Below are positions 51,501-64,000 of a stretch of 64,000 nucleotides of DNA, piece after piece (positions within the stretch are counted from its first letter, which is position 1; the number at the start of each line of letters is the position of its first letter). The notes beneath the pieces are model-generated. The model saw only the letters and a list, made by a program, of their open reading frames with translations, was not told where the DNA came from and did no database searches. The translations under genes and the position numbers were made by a program. Source of the stretch: a phage; the sequence record PZ452591.1; one strand, 5' to 3'.

Positions 51501-51684
51501 AAATAATAATTCAATATTTCAAGGTCAATTGCCGTCTGAACGACGTAAATTAATGAGTCCCCTATTTGATGCTTCTGGAACAACATTTGCGCAATTTAGG
51601 GATTTAGTTAATAAACGTCTAAAAGATAATATAGGAAATCCAAGAGACCCTGAAAATCCAACACAGGTTAAAATAGATGAATGA
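48586..51684 (+). CDS. 7: baseplate wedge protein gp7
   Basis: 1032 aa, size and order as T4. Confidence 0.85.
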   Translation: MTVKAPSVTSLRISKLSANQVQVRWDDVGANFYYFVEIAETKTDSGENLPSDQYRWINLGYTANNSFFFDDADPLTSYIIRVATAAQDFEQSDWVYTEEFETFATNAYTFQNMIEMQLANKFIQEKFTLNNSNYVNFNNDTIMAALMNESFQFSPSYVDVSSISNFIIGENEYHEIQGSIQQVCKDINRVYLMESEGILYLFERYQPVVKVSNDKGQTWKAVKLFNDRVGYPLSKTVYYQSANTTYVLGYDKIFYGRKSTDVRWSADDVRFSSQDITFAKLGDQLHLGFDVEIFATYATLPANVYRIAEAITCTDDYIYVVARDKVRYIKTSNAPIDSDPLSPTYSERLFEPDTMTITGNPKAVCYKMDSIGDKVFALIIGEVETLNANPRTSKIIDSADKGIYVLNHDEKTWKRVFGNTEEERRRIQPGYANMSTDGKLVSLSSSNFKFLSDNIVNDPETAAKYQLIGAVKYEFPREWLADKHYHMMAFIADEKSDWETFTPQPMKYYAEPFFNWSKKSNTRCWINNSDRAVVVYADLKYTKVIENIPETSPDRLVHEYWDDGDCTIVMPNVKFTGFKKYASGMLFYKASGEIISYYDFNYRVRDTVEIIWKPTGVFLKAFLQNQEHETPWSPEEEHGLADPDLRPLIGTMMPDSYLLQDSNFEAFCEAYIQYLSDGYGTQYNNLRNLIRNQYPREEHAWEYLWSEIYKRNIYLNADKRDAVARFFESRSYDFYSTKGIEASYKFLFKVLYNEEVEIEIESGAGTEYDIIVQSDSLTEDLVGQTIYTATGRCNVTYIERSYSNGKLQWTVTIHNLLGRLIAGQEVKAERLPSFEGEIIRGVKGKDLLQNNIDYINRSRSYYVMKIKSNLPSSRWKSDVIRFVHPVGFGFIAITLLTMFINVGLTLKHTETIINKYKNYKWDSGLPTEYADRVAKLTPTGEIEHDSVTGEAIYEPGSMAGVEYPLPDDYNAENNNSIFQGQLPSERRKLMSPLFDASGTTFAQFRDLVNKRLKDNIGNPRDPENPTQVKIDE

Positions 51685-52681
51685 TTCAAGTGTTATCTAT
51701 CGTGCGATAGTTACTTCAAAATTTAGAACAGAAAAAATGTTGAATTTTTATAATTCAATTGGAAGTGGTCCGGATAAAAACACTATCTTTATCACATTTG
51801 GAAGATCAGAACCGTGGTCATCAAATGAAAATGAGGTGGGCTTTGCCCCACCTTATCCAACCGATTCTGTATTAGGCGTAACTGACATGTGGACGCATAT
51901 GATGGGAACAGTAAAGGTTCTTCCATCAATGCTTGACGCAGTTATTCCTCGTCGAGATTGGGGAGATACTAGATATCCGGATCCATACACATTTAGAATT
52001 AACGATATTGTAGTGTGTAACTCAGCTCCTTACAACGCTACTGAATCAGGCGCAGGCTGGTTAGTATATCGTTGTTTAGATGTTCCTGATACTGGAATGT
52101 GTTCAATCGCATCTTTAACTGATAAGGATGAATGCCTTAAATTAGGCGGAAAATGGACACCTTCTGTTAGGTCAATGACTCCTCCTGAAGGTCGAGGAGA
52201 TGCTGAAGGAACAATTGAACCTGGGGACGGGTATGTATGGGAATATCTTTTTGAGATTCCGCCTGATGTATCTATAAATAGATGCACGAATGAATATATC
52301 GTGGTTCCTTGGCCTGAGGAATTAAAAGAAGACCCGACTAGATGGGGATATGAAGATAATCTCACTTGGCAACAAGATGATTTTGGATTAATTTACCGGG
52401 TTAAGGCAAATACTATCCGTTTTAAAGCATATTTAGATTCAGTTTATTTTCCTGATGCTGCATTGCCAGGAAATAAAGGATTTAGACAAATATCAATAAT
52501 CACGAATCCTCTTGAAGCTAAAGCTCATCCAAATGACCCAAACGTTAAAGCTGAAAAGGATTATTATGATCCAGAAGATTTAATGAGGCATTCGGGCGAA
52601 ATGATTTATATGGAAAATAGGCCACCTATTATCATGGCAATGGATCAAACAGAAGAAATCAATATTCTGTTTACATTTTAA
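51677..52681 (+). CDS. 8: baseplate wedge protein gp8
   Basis: 334 aa, size and order as T4. Confidence 0.85.
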   Translation: MNDSSVIYRAIVTSKFRTEKMLNFYNSIGSGPDKNTIFITFGRSEPWSSNENEVGFAPPYPTDSVLGVTDMWTHMMGTVKVLPSMLDAVIPRRDWGDTRYPDPYTFRINDIVVCNSAPYNATESGAGWLVYRCLDVPDTGMCSIASLTDKDECLKLGGKWTPSVRSMTPPEGRGDAEGTIEPGDGYVWEYLFEIPPDVSINRCTNEYIVVPWPEELKEDPTRWGYEDNLTWQQDDFGLIYRVKANTIRFKAYLDSVYFPDAALPGNKGFRQISIITNPLEAKAHPNDPNVKAEKDYYDPEDLMRHSGEMIYMENRPPIIMAMDQTEEINILFTF

Positions 52682-52686
52682 ATTAA

Positions 52687-52710
52687 GGGAGCCCATGGCT
52701 CCCTTTTTTC
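52687..52710 (+). terminator. rho-independent terminator after gene 8
   Basis: GGGAGCC-AUG-GCUCCC hairpin followed by UUUUUUC. Confidence 0.7.
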
Positions 52711-52712
52711 TT

Positions 52713-52720
52713 TATAAATA
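52713..52720 (+). promoter_or_regulatory. late promoter upstream of gene 9
   Basis: TATAAATA about 24 nt upstream of the gene 9 ATG. Confidence 0.7.
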
Positions 52721-52744
52721 TTATAAACTCATAAGGAAACCGCT

Positions 52745-53611
52745 ATGTTCATTCAAGAACCAAAGAAATTGATTGATACCGGCGAAATTGGTAACGCTTC
52801 TACTGGTGATATCTTATTCGACGGTGGTAATAAAATTAATAGTGATTTTAACGCAATTTATAATGCGTTTGGCGATCAGCGTAAAATGGCAGTAGCAAAT
52901 GGCACTGGAGCAGATGGTCAAATTATCCATGCTACTGGGTATTATCAAAAACACTCTATTACAGAGTACGCAACTCCAGTGAAAGTTGGCACTAGACATG
53001 ATATTGATACCTCTACTGTAGGTGTTAAAGTTATTATTGAAAGAGGCGAACTCGGCGATTGTGTTGAATTCATTAACTCTAATGGATCAATATCAGTTAC
53101 TAATCCTTTAACAATTCAAGCTATTGATTCAATTAAAGGTGTTTCAGGTAATTTAGTAGTAACTAGCCCATATAGTAAAGTAACTTTACGCTGTATTTCA
53201 TCTGATAATTCTACATCGGTTTGGAATTATTCTATTGAAAGTATGTTTGGACAAAAGGAATCACCAGCTGAAGGTACATGGAATATTTCTACATCCGGAT
53301 CAGTTGATATTCCACTATTTCATCGCACTGAATACAATATGGCTAAATTGTTAGTTACGTGCCAATCGGTAGATGGAAGAAAAATTAAAACGGCAGAAAT
53401 AAATATTCTTGTAGATACTGTTAATTCAGAAGTCATTTCTTCTGAATATGCTGTCATGCGGGTTGGAAATGAAACAGAAGAAGACGAAATCGCTAATATT
53501 GCATTTAGTATTAAAGAAAATTATGTAACGGCAACTATAAGTTCTTCAACTGTCGGTATGAGAGCAGCAGTTAAAGTTATCGCTACGCAGAAAATCGGGG
53601 TGGCTCAATAA
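52745..53611 (+). CDS. 9: baseplate protein gp9 (long tail fibre socket)
   Basis: 288 aa, size and order as T4. Confidence 0.85.
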   Translation: MFIQEPKKLIDTGEIGNASTGDILFDGGNKINSDFNAIYNAFGDQRKMAVANGTGADGQIIHATGYYQKHSITEYATPVKVGTRHDIDTSTVGVKVIIERGELGDCVEFINSNGSISVTNPLTIQAIDSIKGVSGNLVVTSPYSKVTLRCISSDNSTSVWNYSIESMFGQKESPAEGTWNISTSGSVDIPLFHRTEYNMAKLLVTCQSVDGRKIKTAEINILVDTVNSEVISSEYAVMRVGNETEEDEIANIAFSIKENYVTATISSSTVGMRAAVKVIATQKIGVAQ

Positions 53612-55416
53612 TGAAACAAAATATTAATATCGGTAATGTTGTAGATGATGGTACCGGTGACTACCTGCGTAAAGGTGGTATAAAAATAAATGAAAACTTT
53701 GATGAGCTTTATTACGAGCTTGGTGATGGAGATGTTCCATATTCAGCCGGTGCCTGGAAAACTTATAATGCTTCATCAGGACAAACATTAACAGCAGAAT
53801 GGGGAAAATCATATGCTATTAACACTTCATCTGGAAGAGTAACTCTACAACTTCCTAAAGGAACCGTTAATGATTATAATAAAGTAATTAAAGCTAGGGA
53901 TGTATTTGCAACATGGAATGTTAATCCAGTTACTCTAGTAGCCGCTTCTGGTGATACTATTAAAGGATCATCGTCATCAGTTGAAATTAATGTTCAATTT
54001 AGCGATTTAGAGTTAGTTTATTGTGCTCCAGGACGTTGGGAATATGTCAAAAACAAACAAATTGACAAAATTATTAGTTCAGATATTAGTAATGTAGCAC
54101 GTAAAGAATTTTTAGTCGAAGTTCAAGGACAAACAGACTTTTTAGATGTTTTCCGCGGAACTAGCTATAATGTTAATAACATCCGAGTAAAACACCGTGG
54201 TAATGAATTATATTACGGCGATGTATTTAGTGAAAACAGTGACTTTGGCTCTCCTGGGGAAAATGAAGGAGAATTGATTCCTCTTGATGGATTTAATATT
54301 AGGTTAAGACAGCCTTGTAATATTGGTGACACTGTTCAAATTGAAACATTTATGGATGGTATATCACAATGGAGAAGTTCATATACAAGACGCCAAATAA
54401 AAGTATTAGATTCAAAATTAACGTCAAAAACTTCTTTAGAAGGAAGTATTTACGTTACTGATTTATCAACAATGAAATCAATTCCATTCTCTGCATTTGG
54501 ATTAATTCCTGGAGAACCTATTAATCCTAATTCTCTTGAAGTTCGTTTTAATGGAATTTTACAACAACAAGCTGGAACAGCAGGATATCCTCTGTTTTTG
54601 TGTGAAGGTGCTAACTCAGATACGCAAGCAGGATGTATATCTCTTGGTGGTGAATGGAAAGAATCGAACACAGATTATTCTATAGAATATGAAGATGGAA
54701 AACCTGTCAGTCTTTTATTTGATAGAAAATTTGAATCAGGTGATATAATCGTTATAACATGGTTTAATAATGATTTAGGAACTCTTTTAGAAAAAGATGA
54801 CATTATTGAATTAACTGATGACCGTTATGTTAGTAAAGGATCATCTACTGAAGTTACTGGTGATGTAGCCTTAACAGATTTTGATAAAATCGGTTGGCCA
54901 AATGTTGAAAAAGTTGATTCTTATACTAGAACGTATAATTCAATATCATCTATTTTCGATAGCATTTATCCTGTTGGTTCAATTTATGAAAATGCTATAA
55001 ACCCAAATAATCCGGTGACTTATATGGGATTTGGTTCATGGAAATTATTTGGTAAAGGGCAGGTTTTAGTAGGATGGAATGATGATGTTACAGATCCAAA
55101 CTTTGCATTGAACAATAATGATTTAGATTCTAGCGGAAATCCTTCACATACCGCCGGTGGAACAGTTGGTACAACATCAGTAACGCTTGAAAACGCAAAT
55201 CTTCCTGCGACTAAAACTGATGAAAGAGTTTTAATTGAAGACGAAAATGGATCAGTTATTATTGGAGGATGTCAATATGACCCAGACGAAACTGGTCCTA
55301 TGTATACAAAATATCGTGAAGACTACGCAACAACAAACTCTTCACATACTCCTCCTACTAATATTAGTAATATTCAACCGTCTATTACTGTATACCGTTG
55401 GATAAGGATTGCATAA
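53611..55416 (+). CDS. 10: baseplate wedge protein gp10
   Basis: 601 aa, size and order as T4. Confidence 0.85.
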   Translation: MKQNINIGNVVDDGTGDYLRKGGIKINENFDELYYELGDGDVPYSAGAWKTYNASSGQTLTAEWGKSYAINTSSGRVTLQLPKGTVNDYNKVIKARDVFATWNVNPVTLVAASGDTIKGSSSSVEINVQFSDLELVYCAPGRWEYVKNKQIDKIISSDISNVARKEFLVEVQGQTDFLDVFRGTSYNVNNIRVKHRGNELYYGDVFSENSDFGSPGENEGELIPLDGFNIRLRQPCNIGDTVQIETFMDGISQWRSSYTRRQIKVLDSKLTSKTSLEGSIYVTDLSTMKSIPFSAFGLIPGEPINPNSLEVRFNGILQQQAGTAGYPLFLCEGANSDTQAGCISLGGEWKESNTDYSIEYEDGKPVSLLFDRKFESGDIIVITWFNNDLGTLLEKDDIIELTDDRYVSKGSSTEVTGDVALTDFDKIGWPNVEKVDSYTRTYNSISSIFDSIYPVGSIYENAINPNNPVTYMGFGSWKLFGKGQVLVGWNDDVTDPNFALNNNDLDSSGNPSHTAGGTVGTTSVTLENANLPATKTDERVLIEDENGSVIIGGCQYDPDETGPMYTKYREDYATTNSSHTPPTNISNIQPSITVYRWIRIA

Positions 55417-56075
55417 TGAGTTTACTTAATAATAAAGCGGGAGTTATTTCCCGCTTAGCAGATTTTCTTGGTTTTAGAACTAAGAAAAATGATATTTCGG
55501 TTATGAATAATCAGCCGGTAGGCGCTGTAACAATTTCACAAATAGCAAAAGGTTTTTATGACCCAAATGTAGAATCTGCTATCAATGATGTTAGAAATAT
55601 GGCAGAGCAACAGGTTGGAGCTGTATTAATTAATATAAGCGGCGTATCTCCTACTGGAGTGCAACAAACAGACTATTGGTCATTTGAAGGAACTGTTACT
55701 GATACTTCAGCCAAACCAGGTGACCCAGTTATTGTTAACATGTTTGGTATTCCAGTTAAAGCTACTAACGGAATGACTTCAATCGAATTTACCAGTGCCG
55801 TTAGAACAGCTCTGCAGGAAATGGTTGCAAAATTTATTGCAATTGATTCATTTGAAGACCATCCTACCATAGGAAATAAAATACAAGTTAAGTATTTAGA
55901 TAACCAAGAACATATCTTAGAACAATACTCTGATAAAGGAATTACTTTCAAACAAGAAATAATTTCTCCTTCTAAACCTGGATATGGAACTTGGCAATTA
56001 TTAGGTGCGCAAACTGTCACGTTAGATAGTCACACACAACCTACAGTATTTTATTATTTTGAGAGAATAGCATGA
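55416..56075 (+). CDS. 11: baseplate wedge protein gp11
   Basis: 219 aa from [10 protein letters not shown]; track ORF carries 6 extra N-terminal codons. Confidence 0.8.
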   Translation: MSLLNNKAGVISRLADFLGFRTKKNDISVMNNQPVGAVTISQIAKGFYDPNVESAINDVRNMAEQQVGAVLINISGVSPTGVQQTDYWSFEGTVTDTSAKPGDPVIVNMFGIPVKATNGMTSIEFTSAVRTALQEMVAKFIAIDSFEDHPTIGNKIQVKYLDNQEHILEQYSDKGITFKQEIISPSKPGYGTWQLLGAQTVTLDSHTQPTVFYYFERIA

Positions 56076-57622
56076 GTAATAATACATATCAGCACGTATC
56101 AAATGAATCAAAATATGTTAAATTCGATCCAGTAGGATCGAATTTTCCTGACACTGTCACGACAGTGCAGTCTGCATTATCAAAAATAAGTGATATCGGT
56201 GTAAATGGTATTCCTGATGCAACTATGGAAGTTAAAGGAATAGCAATGATTGCGTCAGAGCAAGAGGTTTTAGATGGAACTAATAATTCTAAAATCGTTA
56301 CACCAGCTACATTAGCAACAAGATTATTGTATCCAAATGCTACTGAAACTAAGTATGGTTTAACGCGCTATTCAACAAATGAAGAAACATTAGAAGGCTC
56401 AGATAATAATTCATCAATAACGCCGCAAAAACTGAAATACCATACTGACGATGTGTTCCAAAATAGATATTCGTCTGAGTCATCAAACGGGGTTATTAAA
56501 ATATCATCAACACCTGCAGCTTTAGCTGGTGTTGATGATACTACGGCAATGACTCCATTAAAAACGCAAAAACTTGCAATAAAATTAATTTCACAAATAG
56601 CTCCTTCCGAAGATACTGCATCAGAATCTGTGAGAGGTGTAGTTCAATTATCTACTGTTGCGCAAACTCGTCAAGGAACTCTCCGCGAAGGATATGCAAT
56701 TTCTCCGTATACCTTTATGAATTCTGTTGCAACACAAGAATATAAGGGTGTTATACGTTTAGGAACACAATCGGAAATTAACAGTAATTTGGGAGATGTT
56801 GCAGTAACGGGTGAAACGCTAAATGGTCGAGGAGCTACTGGTTCTATGCGTGGAGTAGTTAAATTAACGACGCAAGCCGGTATTGCCCCTGAAGGTGATA
56901 GCTCTGGTGCATTAGCATGGAACGCAGATGTAATTAATACTCGTGGTGGACAAACTATTAATGGTTCTTTAAATTTAGATCATCTCACAGCAAATGGAAT
57001 TTGGTCGCGCGGCGGAATGTGGAAAAATGGCAATCAACCTGTTGCCACGGAAAGATACGCGTCCGAAAGAGTTCCAGTTGGAACTATTATGATGTTTGCG
57101 GGTGATTCAGCACCTCCAGGTTGGATTATGTGTCATGGTGGAACAGTGTCAGGTAGCCAATTTCCTGATTATAGAAACGTAGTTGGAACAAGATTTGGTG
57201 GCGATTGGAATAATCCTGGCATTCCTGATATGCGGGGTCTTTTCGTCAGAGGAGCTGGCACAGGCGGTCATATTTTAAATCAACGAGGAAAAGATGGTTA
57301 TGGAAAGGATAGACTTGGCGTAGGATGTGACGGAATGCATGTTGGTGGTGTTCAAGCACAACAAATGTCATACCATAAACACGCTGGTGGTTGGGGAGAA
57401 CATAACAGAAGTAAAGGTCCATTTGGCGCGTCTGTTTATCAAGGATATCTTGGAACTAGAAAATATTCCGACTGGGATAATGCTTCATACTTCACTAATG
57501 ATGGATTTGAATTAGGCGGATCGAGAGACGCACGTGGTACACTTAATCGTGAAGGATTAATTGGTTATGAAACTAGACCATGGAATATATCATTAAACTA
57601 TATTATTAAAGTTCATTACTAA
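56072..57622 (+). CDS. 12: short tail fibre gp12
   Basis: 516 aa (T4 gp12 is 527 aa as I recall); conserved N-terminus and [13 protein letters not shown]-terminus; divergent middle. Confidence 0.85.
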   Translation: MSNNTYQHVSNESKYVKFDPVGSNFPDTVTTVQSALSKISDIGVNGIPDATMEVKGIAMIASEQEVLDGTNNSKIVTPATLATRLLYPNATETKYGLTRYSTNEETLEGSDNNSSITPQKLKYHTDDVFQNRYSSESSNGVIKISSTPAALAGVDDTTAMTPLKTQKLAIKLISQIAPSEDTASESVRGVVQLSTVAQTRQGTLREGYAISPYTFMNSVATQEYKGVIRLGTQSEINSNLGDVAVTGETLNGRGATGSMRGVVKLTTQAGIAPEGDSSGALAWNADVINTRGGQTINGSLNLDHLTANGIWSRGGMWKNGNQPVATERYASERVPVGTIMMFAGDSAPPGWIMCHGGTVSGSQFPDYRNVVGTRFGGDWNNPGIPDMRGLFVRGAGTGGHILNQRGKDGYGKDRLGVGCDGMHVGGVQAQQMSYHKHAGGWGEHNRSKGPFGASVYQGYLGTRKYSDWDNASYFTNDGFELGGSRDARGTLNREGLIGYETRPWNISLNYIIKVHY

Positions 57623-59089
<1,467 letters not shown>

Positions 59090-59093
59090 CATA

Positions 59094-59107
59094 GGGCCGC
59101 AAGGCCC
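59094..59107 (+). terminator. GNRA-loop hairpin between wac and 13 (terminator or stability element)
   Basis: GGGCC-GCAA-GGCCC; no clean U-run follows. Confidence 0.4.
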
Positions 59108-59120
59108 TAAAGGATTTTAA

Positions 59121-60822
<1,702 letters not shown>

Positions 60823-60863
60823 TAAATATTATAAACTAATTAAAGCCCAGATTAGGAGAAATC

Positions 60864-64000
<3,137 letters not shown>

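Noticed and set aside
60827-60845. Possible late promoter upstream of gene 15 (TAATAAATATTATAAACT)
   Set aside because: Resembles the gene 9 promoter context but lacks an exact TATAAATA; left uncalled.

Overview
The window is a contiguous segment of a T4-like (T-even, Tevenvirinae) myovirus genome, recognised from protein sequences I know from T4 (gp46/gp47, alpha-glucosyltransferase, gp55, NrdG/NrdD, endonuclease VII, thioredoxin NrdC, thymidine kinase, RegB, lysozyme e, gp5, wac foldon, gp17). It is a close relative rather than T4 itself: lysozyme e differs at a few residues and fibritin and gp12 diverge from the T4 sequences as I recall them. Positions 1-43426 are a densely packed minus-strand block of early and middle genes running from gene 45 through the nrdC and tk/vs accessory clusters, the internal-protein genes, lysozyme e, an 8-tRNA cluster split by a segB-like homing endonuclease, and genes 57B-57A-1-3-2-4. 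Positions 43474-64000 are plus-strand late genes: baseplate 53, 5, 6-11, short tail fibre 12, fibritin wac, neck 13/14, gp15, and terminase 16/17. Regulatory signals are T4-typical: early promoters (GTTTAC, 17-18 bp, TGGTAtAAT-like) on the minus strand, TATAAATA late promoters, and UUCG-tetraloop hairpins at gene 3' ends. Gene synteny follows T4 closely (eleven ORFs between nrdC and the mobD position, six between regB and the IP genes, seven after nudE). The places where content appears to depart from T4 are (i) the internal-protein locus between the tRNAs and 57B, which carries three promoter/stem-loop cassettes, two capsid-targeting-sequence proteins and three unknown ORFs, and (ii) a macro-domain protein with a small partner ORF between tk.4 and the SLT gene. 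A GrcA-like gene with a host-like GC-rich 3' half is also notable. No CRISPR array, integrase or intron was seen; nrdD is uninterrupted. All homology statements come from reading the translations against remembered sequences and motifs; no database search was run.
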